Assembly: GCA_010093605.1 (NCBI GenBank)
Contig: MU004184.1
Span: forward strand, 1,312,801 to 1,376,800
Reading direction: 5' to 3'
Source: Lophium mytilinum
Taxonomy: Eukaryota
DNA length: 64,000 bases
A program made the position numbers and the translations under genes. The notes beneath the pieces are model-generated. The model was not told the origin of the DNA. It made no database searches and worked only from the letters and a program-made list of their open reading frames with translations. Position 1 is the stretch's first letter; every line of letters starts with the position of its first letter. Below, piece after piece: positions 52,072 through 62,934 of the stretch.

Positions 52072-53896
52072 TCAGTCCAGCCAAACATGTTTCAATCCTT
52101 CGGGCATTTCGTAGGCCATGACTTGGTAGCTTTCAACGAATCTATCAAGCCACCTCTTGATCCACATCTTCTTTACATGAGGCCCTATCATCAATACGAC
52201 TTTGAGAGGGAAGGCCAAATAGTAAGGGGCAAGCAGCCCTGTTCCAGATATATATTCGACAGATTTGCAGATGTTATCGATGAGTGACTCGAAGTCAGCA
52301 GAGTAGTCCTTTTCGTATTGGGCTGCTCGAAGAGCCTCCAGGATGACCAGATTTGTTGCCCAATAGCAATTGAAAATCGACGCGACTACGTGATCAGCAA
52401 ACCGGTAGACCGTTGGGAACAAGTCATCTGCCATGCCACTCTGAACTTCTTCTGGAGGCGGCATCAGTGTTTCGAATCTTCTGGCCCAAAGGCAGACCTG
52501 ATGGCGAAGCTCGACTGTCCGGCCAATCAGTCTTTGTGTCGCGTTAACAGAGCTCGTCTTCTCTCGTTTCAAAGTTTCTGCGTCTCTCATAATTCTGGGG
52601 GTTGCTGCATGTATGTGCGAGAACTCCTCAATAAGTCGAATGATTGGGTGTTTGCTTTGAGATGAATCCTCTGTTGCAGTAGGGTGCCATTGCTCCGCTT
52701 CGAGGAAGCACGCTTTACCAGTGAACAGCGCTTCGTTAATCTAGAACACGGTTAGAAAGACGTTCGAGTACAGTGACAGGCCACAAGTCTGGGCACACTA
52801 GTTCGCCACTGCTTGAGGTACCCCAGCAGGCTCTCGAATAATCAAAGCCTATATAAAGTGACAAGCAGTGCAAATTAGACTGCCTCTTGACTAACTGGTT
52901 GCTCAGTAGCCAGGCTACCCCCAACAGCGGTGTCGAGTAAGCAAGCTGATGTCGCGCCGTGATAAGTCTGTGTGCCCACACTTATGGCCTAGTACTGTGA
53001 CACTCCAATTCCCTGCCGCTAAGGCGACTTACAAGCAGTCCTCTCACTTCCATGTTCATGTTAAAATCGAACTCGGTCTCACATCTCCTTGGGCCTCGGA
53101 GCTTCATCAAGCGTCCGATGCCGTCTACATGCTTCATCCAGGAAGTCGATCCAGTGGGGGCAAATAGCTACAGCCTGTATGTTAGCCTATGGTTCAGAAG
53201 ATAGACGAAAGTAACTCCAAACACACCTCGTAGAGGCATAACAGGGTAGTGGCTGCAAGTGTTGTAGAAAGCGTCGCTTGGGATGGGTTATGGAGAGCCT
53301 TTTGCATAGTAACAAGGGCCTCTCCATATCGAGAGTAACTATAAGCAACCAGGTCATCGTTCCCGGCAGACTTCCCACATATGTGTGTGGACCAGCTCTG
53401 AATAGCTCTATCTAACGCTGGGTTACTTCCAACAAACTCGTCGGCGTTCTTAAGCCAGTACGGAGGCACGTTCATCATTGTTTTATTGGAGCGTGCTATT
53501 TCTCCGATGAACATACACAGTATCTGTCTTGTGTTGAGCACCGGCGAGTAGATCGAAATGGGGGGAAATTGTTCGATCTTCGTGCGGACTAAGTCCAGAG
53601 GCGTTGTATGCCGTTTCGGTGTCGTGACTTCTGTAATAGGTGCGGTCGCAGAATATGGGAGTGATGTTTCTTATTCTGAGCACGATGATTCTTGCCAGCA
53701 ATGAATCTGAAGACTCTGTCGTACCCGGAACACTCTATTCCAAATTTATCACACTTTAGACATGATGGACGCGTCTCATCGCACTTTCACGCCATTCGGT
53801 TCAGCACGAGAACAATCCGCAAAGTGCATGAACACGTACCTTCACCTTCCGCTTGATGCAATTACTACAGCCACGGCTGCTGGGTACGCCAACCAT
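52072..53896 (-). CDS. Zn(II)2Cys6 transcription factor with a reading-frame break near 53670
   Basis: MVGVPSSRGCSNCIKRKVK|CDETRPSCLKCDKFGIECSGY (intron 53839-53784). Downstream fungal TF motifs LLCLYE, WMKHVDGIGRLMKLRGP and EAL..KACFLE..W. Confidence 0.85.
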
Positions 53897-54660
53897 CGAG
53901 GCGCAATTCTCGGAGTATCACAGGTAGGGCGGGTGATTTCGGACGACATGTTGGTACCTTGACTCAGATGTGGTACGTGGAGTCTTGGAAGGATTAAAAG
54001 GGTGGGGGCTGACGCGTGTACCGTAGCTACCAGGCTACGTATTTTGAAGGGCATACTTCGTCCCTTGGAACCCTGATACTAGCACAAACCCCTGGATTCC
54101 TACAGCTAAAGCACTTGACGATGCAAAAATTGAGAGCTCAAAATCACGAGACCCATAGACTACAGTGTGCTAGTTCAGTTCGGGCAACCATCGGACTTTT
54201 ATCACCGCCACGTGACTATTCCTCAGGGGACGTTCTAAACCAGAGTTTTGTAACTGTACCTGTTCAATCCACGGTTCTTGAGTAGCTACCAACTAATTGT
54301 CGTATGCCGACTCAAAAGCTCTCACGTATTTACTAGATGTCTGTTACCACACCGTCAATACGATGCAGCAAATCAGCTCCGGAGACTAAATGGGTTTTCT
54401 ATCCACGAGTGGAATTCCGCCAGCGCTCGACCCATGACCTTCAGCCACCTTCACGTCCGAACAACTAGCCCGAAGATAAAGACTCATACACGAGTTCTAT
54501 ATAGTCTCGACTAACGAACGCCGAATAACATTATCTAGACTCAGCATCAACCCCACTTGGCTCCCTCCACCATAAAAACCAGCTATCGAATTAAATATCC
54601 ACCTGTTCAACCAAAGCAATCCATCACAACCAACGACCTTGCGACACCAACCCAGTTAGA

Positions 54661-55119
54661 ATGCTCTTCTATCCAATCAACCTCCCCCTCCCCTCCCTCG
54701 TAACCGCTAGCATCGAAGTAACCCTCGGCCTCACCATCATCCTCACCTCCCGCTCGCCCTTCTCATTCCTTACACCCCGCCCGATTCTCGTCCCGACCCC
54801 CACTACCACGCGCATGAAAGATGCCAACCGCTTCATGGGCATGCTTGCGCTAGGACTGGGCGCTGGATACTTCGCGGGCTCCTACATGCCACTTGAACAG
54901 AACCAATTCGTGCACGCGAGTGTACCGATACGGCTGGGGCTGGCGGGAATCATGTTTGGGGTGTGTGCCGTGAAGGGAAGAAAGGGGATGAGTGAGGAGG
55001 GGTTCTGGGAATTGATGGCCTTGGGGGTGTTTGATGTGGTCGGCTCAGTCATAGTGGCGTTTAGCCTTGGCCCTGGGGGCGTTTGGGATGGGAAGGTCAA
55101 AGGATGGGAGAGCTTGTGA
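54661..55119 (+). CDS. Small multi-pass membrane protein, hypothetical
   Basis: 152-aa ORF with about 4 hydrophobic segments and YMPLEQNQFVHASVPIRL. Confidence 0.75.
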   Translation: MLFYPINLPLPSLVTASIEVTLGLTIILTSRSPFSFLTPRPILVPTPTTTRMKDANRFMGMLALGLGAGYFAGSYMPLEQNQFVHASVPIRLGLAGIMFGVCAVKGRKGMSEEGFWELMALGVFDVVGSVIVAFSLGPGGVWDGKVKGWESL

Positions 55120-55553
55120 GGTTGTGATATTGAGAAATTTGTGCACAATAGGGGATGGATTGGTGGGAACCACGTCAGGAATCGCGGCGGTCTGGCTTGG
55201 ATATTATCAGCCTTACTCGACTTGGATGGCCATGAAACGATGAGCGGAAGTTTATGTGTATATAGGGTTATAGCTCCACTCCTGTTGCGAGGAAATGCGA
55301 ATCAGTTCCAATTGTGTAATAATCTCAAGTGCTCCTTCAGTGATCTATTTGTACACAAGGCGATCCAAGATTCAAAGAATAGTGAGCACCGATAACTTGG
55401 CAAACTGGAAATGAAACCCTTGCATCCAAGGCGAAATGTCTATTTCTCGGACGGAATGGTACGGAGCCGGATGGCATTATGAGCATTCGTCGAAAGCCAC
55501 GGGACAAGATTTGTGATGCAAGTGTATGAGGGTTCACCCTTCCATCGCTAAGT

Positions 55554-56835
55554 TCATCTCTTCAAGTCCGCAAAATTCAACTTCCTTGCTACTTTATCCG
55601 CTCTTCCGTCCTTCTCCTCGATTTCCCCACCCCTCCTCTTCAGATCCTCCGCCATCTTCTCGACCCCGCCACCCGCTCGAGGCAAGAGCTCCTTGGGGGT
55701 CGGTTTCGGGTTACTCTTCCAATATGGATGGTTAAGCACCTGCCTCGCTGTCGCCCTCTTCCTCGGATCCAGGACGAACATGGTCTTCAAAAACTCTATA
55801 CCCTCATCTCCCAGCATCCCAAACTGTTGCTTCCAATATATCATCGGTTTCGGACGCTTGATGTTACCCTTTGCTGGAGGAATGTAGTGATCCAATCGGC
55901 TCACCCCGGGCCATACATCTTCGGTACAGGACCCAAAGACATCGGTGATCGCATCGATTTGCTCGATATCTGTGTTGGAAGGGAGGAAGAAGTGGCGGAG
56001 TATGAGTTCTGCAACCACACAGGCCATACTCCACACATCCACCGCACCTCCATAGTGCCTCGCGCCATACAAGAGCTCTGGCGGCCGGTAAAAGCGAGTA
56101 ATGACATTGTACGTCATGGGCCTATACGGATCTGAAAATGTCCTCGCGAGACCGAAATCGGCCAATTTGACTTCGCCGTCTGCCGCAATCAACAAGTTGT
56201 TACCCTTGATATCCCGGTGCAGAATCGAGTTCTCGTGGCAAAACCACACAGCCTTCGCGAGCATATTCGTCCATGCTTTGACGTCGGCGGGGCCATATGA
56301 GACCTTCTTGTCCTGCATGAGGGACTCGAGATCACCACGAGGGAGATGCTCAAGCACGATGTTGAGGTTCTGGTCTCGGGTGGAGAAGACGGCGTAAAGC
56401 TTTATGATATTGGGATGTGAGAGCTCTTGAAGAGCTCGTACTTCGCGGAAGGCGTCCGGGGCCAGGCCATCAGGGTAATCTTTGTTGACTTTGAGCTTTT
56501 TGATAGCTACTAGGGAGGTCGGGTCGTTTCGGATGTGGCCTGAATAGACAATGGCGTATGTACCTTCACCAAGTTTGGAACCTGTTGTGATGTAAATTTT
56601 GTGTTACAAGAATGGGGACCTTAGAGAGGGAGACTGATATACCTGTCACATATTTGCGTCTGACTTGCTCGTTCAGCTTTTCAGAGAGGTCCTGAGCACC
56701 ATCACTGCTTGGTGTCGAGGCTGTGGAGGGAGAGCTGGTAGAAGCGTTCAAGATAGTGAGAGCCTTCGCCTTTGCTGGAAGGGTTTTGGCGGCGACAGGT
56801 ACAGGTTTCGGACTGTCTAATGGGGAGAGCGCCAT
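55554..56835 (-). CDS. KIN28: TFIIH-associated CDK (CDK7/Kin28 family)
   Basis: Intron 56642-56582. Motifs LGEGTYA, VAIKK, DAFRE, HRDIKGNNLL and DFGLARTFSDP..MTYNVITRFYRPPELLYGARHY. Confidence 0.92.
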
Positions 56836-57271
56836 GGTGAAGGATCGATCGGAACAGAAGTCTCGGGAGAGGGTTTGGGTTCTGAAGTGTCAATCTAATC
56901 AAGGCCGGTGAAAGAAGGCGAAAGTGAAGCGCCCAAGACGGCAGCTCGTCAGCATCATTCTTCAAACACAATAGCGAGTGTATGGACACATGGGCAACCC
57001 AAAGGCTGCGAAGGGTCCTAACTATCAAAAGGAAAAGCGTGGTTGGGTTCTTTGATGCGTTACGGCGAGGGATGTCGTCTTTGAAGATCACGGTGTCTTG
57101 GCATCTCCAAAAAGTTCGTCCTTGACAGCTTTAGCCCGTCGCCGTACTACGACACAACACCGCGCCATCCAATGCAAGCTATTCCAGCCTAGAAATCGGT
57201 GCTGTAGGAATAAAGTCTCCTCGGCTACCTCTACACCCCTCAATGCCAACAGCCCCGTCTTAGGCTGAACT

Positions 57272-57973
57272 ATGATCCTCCGGCCAGCCCCTCGATTCGT
57301 CGCGAACACTACCTACACATACACGTCTCTACGAAAACTGCATCACCGCATCCCGCTACGCCCTGTTCCAGCACCAACACCTTTCGTCCCGGATGCGCCG
57401 ACATTTCTCTCTCTGATCGGCCGCAAGCTCGCCGTACACGCCGGCAAGATCCCATCGTGGGAGGCCCTCTTCACCTTATCATCTTCTCAACTACGCGAAC
57501 TAGGCGTCGAACCCGCTCGTAGCCGCCGCTACCTTCTACAATGGCGCGAGAAGTTCCGTAATGGCGAGTACGGCATTGGCGGGGATGCAAAATACGTATC
57601 CGACGGCGCGGCAGAGCTACGACTCGTTGAAGCACCTACCGACTCCAATGCCAGGATAGTCAGGGTTGCGACAGCCACCCATACCCCGGGGACGCGAAAG
57701 ATGGTGGTGAACGTTCCCGCGGGAACGACAGATCCCTTGAAGGCTGGTGTCCCACTGAGACCGTTGGAAGGCATACGTGTTGTTGGGGCGAAGACAATAC
57801 AGGGGCCGCACTTGGAAGTCCTGAAGGGTACCCAAGGTCTAGGTGCAAAATTGATGGCAAAGGAAGGGATTTGGGAGATTAAGAGGGGACGGAAGATCGA
57901 CGGAGGTGAAAGACGACAGGCGGAAGTTAGGTTCAAGAGGAGAAGCGAGGAAAACAAGGCGAAGAAGAGGTAG
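57272..57973 (+). CDS. FYV4: Mitochondrial small ribosomal subunit protein mS41 (IGR-motif protein)
   Basis: Presequence-like N-terminus, FLSLIGR, W..LF..SS.QLRELGVEPARSRRYLL and C-terminal GRKIDGGERR. Confidence 0.88.
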   Translation: MILRPAPRFVANTTYTYTSLRKLHHRIPLRPVPAPTPFVPDAPTFLSLIGRKLAVHAGKIPSWEALFTLSSSQLRELGVEPARSRRYLLQWREKFRNGEYGIGGDAKYVSDGAAELRLVEAPTDSNARIVRVATATHTPGTRKMVVNVPAGTTDPLKAGVPLRPLEGIRVVGAKTIQGPHLEVLKGTQGLGAKLMAKEGIWEIKRGRKIDGGERRQAEVRFKRRSEENKAKKR

Positions 57974-58394
57974 AGCAGTAGACACCGCTGCCGAGTGTAT
58001 TCTATTGTGTTTGAGATGCGCATAGTACAATCTAAGGTTTGGCATTTGGGGTTGACCTGAGAAGAAAACTATGGTATAGAAGCTCTCATTCACTCCTGTA
58101 TACTTGTACAAAATTCAAAACTTTACATCCCACAATCCACTCATAGTTCTTTTTCGATTCCTTTTCGTTAGACCACCCTCTTCCTTCATTTCCAGCAGGT
58201 AAGTATGCCCCAACCTCTATTAAGTTTGGTGGTGATCAATCACATATCCGGCAATGGCGCAAGAGCAAAATTTTCAAGTATTCTGTATTCTGGCATGTGC
58301 TATTAATGTTGGGTGGTAGACTACAAGGCGACCATTTCTTGTATTCCAAGGACCTTGTTGCCAATATCGACCTTCCACCTCTCCCGAACTCAGA

Positions 58395-59522
58395 CTACTC
58401 GGGCTGTCGGTACATCGTACGCATGTGTTCGATCATGTTCATCTGTTTCGACTCAATCACCGTCCCATCCTTGAGTGTGAATTTTGATTCAGCATCCGCC
58501 TGGTACTGGTTGACAACCATGGTTCCGTGCTTCCGGATCCAAGTATAATACCCACGAGCATATCCATAGACCGTCGACTCAAGTCTCCCCTTCTCGGTTT
58601 CCATCCACACCTTCCACCGGTACGGTATCTGCAACTTGCTCTTCGGGTCTAGCCAGTATAGCGTCTCCTCGATACCACCATTGGCTCCTTGGACCGGGAA
58701 TGATTCTCCCTTGATGTTGATAACACCAGTAAAGTTCTTCTCGCCAACGTCGCCTTTGAAGCAATACCACGAAAAATCTTCGCTCCAGCCATGCATCCAG
58801 TTCAGGCCACGGCCACCCATGTAATGCGTCCGATCCGGAACTACACCGCTCTGTATGATTCGCTCGTGGACGCCGTATCCTTTGAACTTATATGCCTTCC
58901 CCTTGACAGTGATGGTGCCCTCAGCTGTGCCGTGCATGACGTACCCGGCAACACCTCCCTCCTTTTTCAGATTCTCAAAAGCGCCCAGATGGAAAAACCC
59001 CTTGGAGATCTCTTTGTAGTTGATGTCTGCGTGCACTCCGGCGTGTTCGCCCTCAACACGCCAGTTCGGCGGTGTGCAGATGTACTTCCGGTCTGTGTGC
59101 GTCCATGTGGTTTCTGGCCCACCCTCTGCGATCTTGATCGTACCCGGCTTCGCGTAGTCCTCGATGTTCTGGCCCTTGTTGACGTAGGGCGAGTCGTGCA
59201 TAGATAGCTTCTCCTCGTCCGAGTACTTGGTAGCGATGAAAAGCGACTGGCTGACATCGCCGTCGACAATGATCTCGGGCCCTCGCTGCTGGTACATGAA
59301 GGACCAGAGGTGGACATCATGGCCTTCTTCGGTTCGACCACGGATCACGAAGCCTGGCTCAATTGTTATCATCCGGCATTCTTAAATGATCTACTGGGAG
59401 CTCATACCCATGTCATTGAAGAACTCGGAATACGCCTCATCGGTCTGGTGCGTGCCCTCATGCTCCAGCTTCACTGGCAAGGTAACCGACTGATAGATTC
59501 CGGGATCCTCGCCTGAGACCAT
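58395..59522 (-). CDS. AttH/CrtC/tocopherol-cyclase-like (double lipocalin barrel) protein, 2 exons
   Basis: Exon 1 (59522-59408) and a 54-nt intron (59407-59354) join the 325-aa ORF in frame. Motifs LP...EGTH...SEFF, GTITVKGK..FKGYGVHER, NWMHG and W.DPKS...PYRW. No signal peptide. Confidence 0.75.
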
Positions 59523-59629
59523 GATGCTAGATTTTATGTTGTGTTTGTTGTATGTTGAATTCTGTATACTGTACGATAACCCAAAGGCAGGAAATGCGTA
59601 TGCAAATAGATCAAGTCTAGCAAATTCAC

Positions 59630-59783
59630 CTCCGCTGGCTGGTAATTCTTCCTATATACGCCCCGCAACACTTCGGCATTCACGCAATTATCGAGTGGTA
59701 CCGGAAATCTCGCCTACGGAAACACGAATTCAGTCTAGCAGACGCTTGCAATAGTGGGGTTCTCTTCTCCACAGATTCCCCGC
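59630..59783. promoter_or_regulatory. Cluster of CreA/Cre1 consensus sites (SYGGRG) in a divergent promoter
   Basis: CTCCGC 59630, CCCCGC 59661, GTGGGG 59754, CTCCAC 59767 and CCCCGC 59778. Confidence 0.45.
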
Positions 59784-59939
59784 ATTCCGGAACGGTCGCT
59801 TAACCCCAGTCCTTACTGTACGTATATGTTGTCATACGTGCATACTCAGCGCATCGCTTTGTTTATTTGGTCAAGTTTAAGCAACAAAGAGGAGAAATAT
59901 CTGTTTTAATATTTGGAGATTGAGGGGCGGCATTCGGCA

Positions 59940-61120
59940 ATGTCTTTCCACGATCGAATCACGAATCTGCCAAGCTTTGACGAACTTCCTCAAATTGGGG
60001 ATCTGCCGAAGGGATGTACGTGGGGGCTGTGGGATAAAGATGGTAAAAAAGATGAATTAGGGACGTTGAATCTTTTGACGCCTGAAGTGGTCAAGGAAGC
60101 TTTCAAAGAGTTGTCTGAAGGTGTCAGTGTTTGTTTAACGTGAGGGATTGCCTATTCTACTTAATCTTGTCAATTATATGTCCAGAAGTAATGCTAACGA
60201 AGCTGTACCTAGCTGGTCCCTAGACAAACCCAACGCGCCCAACTTCCACCGCAAACCCCTCGACCACAAACTCCTCGACCACAGCACCTTCAGCCCTTAC
60301 TCTGGCTTCGACGACGAAATCCACCTTAACACGCAATGTAGCTCTCAATGGGACGGGCTGCGACACCACAGCCAAGGCCAAACAAAACTCTTCTACAACA
60401 ACGTCAACAAAGAGGAATTCAAAACCTCCAACGTGCTAGGAATCGACCGTACCTCCCCCCTCTTCTCCTTTCCTTCAGCAGCTCAGACCTAACTATCCCA
60501 GGCTGGTCCACCCGCGGTGGCATCGTCGGCCGCGGCGTCCTCATCGACTACGTCGCCTACGCCGCGCGCCACAACATCACCTACTCTGCCATCGAATGCC
60601 ACTCCATCACGCACACGGCGCTCGAAGCCGCCGCGCGCGAGCAGGGCGTCGCGTTCAAGCCCGGCGACATCCTTCTTGTGCGCAGCGGCTTCACGAAGTG
60701 GTACAACTCGATGAGCGACAACGCGGCGGAGCGGGACCGCGTCACGAGCTCGCAATTCACGTACGCGGGCGTGACGCCGACGCAGGAGAGTATACGGTGG
60801 ATGTGGGAGCGGCATTTCAGCGCGGTCGCGGGCGATGCGCTGGCGTTTGAGAGCTTGCCGTATCGGGATGATGGGTTGTGTGAGTATTCATTCTGGGATT
60901 TGAGGTTGGGGGTAGGAGAGATCGTTAGGCTGACATGTGGACAGTGTTTCACGATTTCTTTTTGTCGCTGTGGGGTACGCCGATTGGCGAGGCGTGGGAT
61001 TTGGAGGGCTTGGCTGAGACGTGTGAGAGGTTGGGGAGGTGGTCGTTTTTGCTGACGAGTGCACCGTTGAATGTGCCGGGAGGGGTGGCGAGTCCGCCGA
61101 ATGCGATTGCGATATTTTGA
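59940..61120 (+). CDS. Putative cyclase / kynurenine formamidase-like metal-dependent hydrolase, 4 exons
   Basis: WGLW..DELGTLNLLTP, NTQCSSQWDGLRH, GIVGRGVLIDY, GDILLVRSG, AVAGD, WGTPIGEAWDL and GGVASPPNAIAIF. Three in-frame introns. Confidence 0.93.
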
Positions 61121-61568
61121 AGAGTATTTGAGGAGTTAGCAATGGAAGTTCTGAATGCTACATATGCTACAGTTTTCAAGGTGTAAGCAGATTATGCTTA
61201 AAAGGGGATTCATTGGTGAAAACCAGTACTGTCAAAGTACAGCCGAATCTCAGACGATCAGAGATCTTGCAGATTGGATCCGAATCTTGGGTATTAAACC
61301 ATCCCTGCGGCGTCAGCCCTACTTCTCGAGTAGTATTACTCATTGGGTTGGCCAGATTCCAATTTCTCCCTCGAAATTCAATTGGCTCAACGCCTACCCA
61401 AATCGGATTCTCTACTAAAGACTGAGGAGGGTCCATTTTGAAGCAATTCAGTGCGCTCAATATCTGACAGTTGTTAAGTTGCCAACTGCTACTCGATTAG
61501 GCAATATAAATGGTAGAAGGACAATTCTAGATGAAAAGGCTCAATTCCAAGTTCCTATCTACACATCC

Positions 61569-62774
61569 CTACGCCGGCGTAATCTTCCCCGTCTTCACAA
61601 CCCTCTCTAACAGCCCCTTAACATCGTGCTTCTGCGCCAGATGACTTATCGTCTTCACTTGCCTCTCAAACGCACTCCTCGCATGCCCATATCCCCCATT
61701 CGTCGACGACGTCATCGCTGAATCGAACCGCTCCAACGCGAGCAAACAGTAGTCCAGCCACGCCTCTTCCCGATCCACCTTGACCCCATTCGCCTCCAAC
61801 GTATCCGTATACACATCAAACAACTCCCTCTCATGCCCCTCACACGCCTCAATATCCAAACTACTCATCAAAAAGTACGAGAGATCACGATACCCATAGC
61901 CACGGAACAAGCACTGCCAATCATAATACCCCGCGCTGCCATCCGGATACTCCAGCACATTCCCCAAATGCGAATCGCCGTGGATGATCGTCGGCGGCTT
62001 GCTATCCCAGTACTCATACACAGCCACGCAATCCCGATCCCACATCCTAATCAGCTCCTTAACATACTCCGGCAGATCCTTCCCCAGCTCGCTCTCCAAA
62101 AACATGCGCCTGTTATTCGTAAAGAACTTCCGCAGCCACAGCTCGCCGAAGCGGCGGCACCGCGGCCGCACCCACACCATGTCGGCGTCGAAGCGCGGCG
62201 AGTTCCAGTACGTCGCGTGGATGCGGGCCTGCGCGATAGCAACCTGGCGCGCGTAGGCGGGCGTGATGGTGTCGCCCATCCAGTGCACCTTGACGTTGCG
62301 CGCCTCGAGGTCTTCGAGGATGATGATGAAGCGGCCGCCTGGGTACGCTTTCGCGTAGTAGCATTTCGGGATGAGGCCTTGGGGTTCTAGCTCCACCGAG
62401 AGCTCGTTGTACACGTGCGCTTCGAGTTCTGCCATGTGTAGTAGGCTTAGCATCTCGCGGAGGTGTGCGTTCTCGGGCGTGGCTTTGAAGAAGATTCGCA
62501 TTGGGAGGTTGGCGGCTTTGCCGGCGTCGTTCCATTCTAGCGTCCAGAAGTGCCGCGAGGTCATGCCTTCGTGGCCGCCGGTGTTATTTGCGGTGACGAG
62601 TTTGGCGTCGGGGACTTTTGAGCCGAGCACGGTGGTGAGCCATTCTGGCGTTACTTGGTCAATGGTGTAGACGGCGTCGAGGACGAGGGAGGGGGCGGTA
62701 GCGAGGAGGAGGTCAGAGGCTTCAAGGGCGGCGAGGGCGTGCGTGTGCACTGTTGGGGTATCGACGAGAGCCAT
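61569..62774 (-). CDS. Aminoglycoside/ecdysteroid-kinase-like phosphotransferase (APH/EcKL superfamily), intronless
   Basis: 401-aa ORF with TPEWLT, FFK, E..VY, ILEDL, catalytic loop HGDSHLGN and DWQ..G.G..DLSYF. Confidence 0.9.
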   Translation of the reverse strand: MALVDTPTVHTHALAALEASDLLLATAPSLVLDAVYTIDQVTPEWLTTVLGSKVPDAKLVTANNTGGHEGMTSRHFWTLEWNDAGKAANLPMRIFFKATPENAHLREMLSLLHMAELEAHVYNELSVELEPQGLIPKCYYAKAYPGGRFIIILEDLEARNVKVHWMGDTITPAYARQVAIAQARIHATYWNSPRFDADMVWVRPRCRRFGELWLRKFFTNNRRMFLESELGKDLPEYVKELIRMWDRDCVAVYEYWDSKPPTIIHGDSHLGNVLEYPDGSAGYYDWQCLFRGYGYRDLSYFLMSSLDIEACEGHERELFDVYTDTLEANGVKVDREEAWLDYCLLALERFDSAMTSSTNGGYGHARSAFERQVKTISHLAQKHDVKGLLERVVKTGKITPA

Positions 62775-62910
62775 GATTGGAAAGAAAATAAAGAGAGGAG
62801 GTATAGTGTTGTGAGAAGGGATGGTTTGGATATCGAGAAGAACGATCGCGAGATAGAATTAACGAAGTATCTACAAGTACGAAGCTATGAAACTGAACCT
62901 TACTTTTCCT

Positions 62911-62934
62911 TGAAGCCGTGAAGCCGTGAAGCCG
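62911..62934. repeat. TGAAGCCG x3 perfect tandem repeat upstream of the phosphotransferase
   Basis: Directly visible about 140 bp upstream of the ATG. Gives CCG triplets spaced by 5 nt. Confidence 0.8.

Noticed and set aside
48006..55119. P450, Zn2Cys6 factor and small proteins as a secondary-metabolite cluster
   Set aside because: No backbone enzyme or transporter is present and no shared promoter motif was seen.
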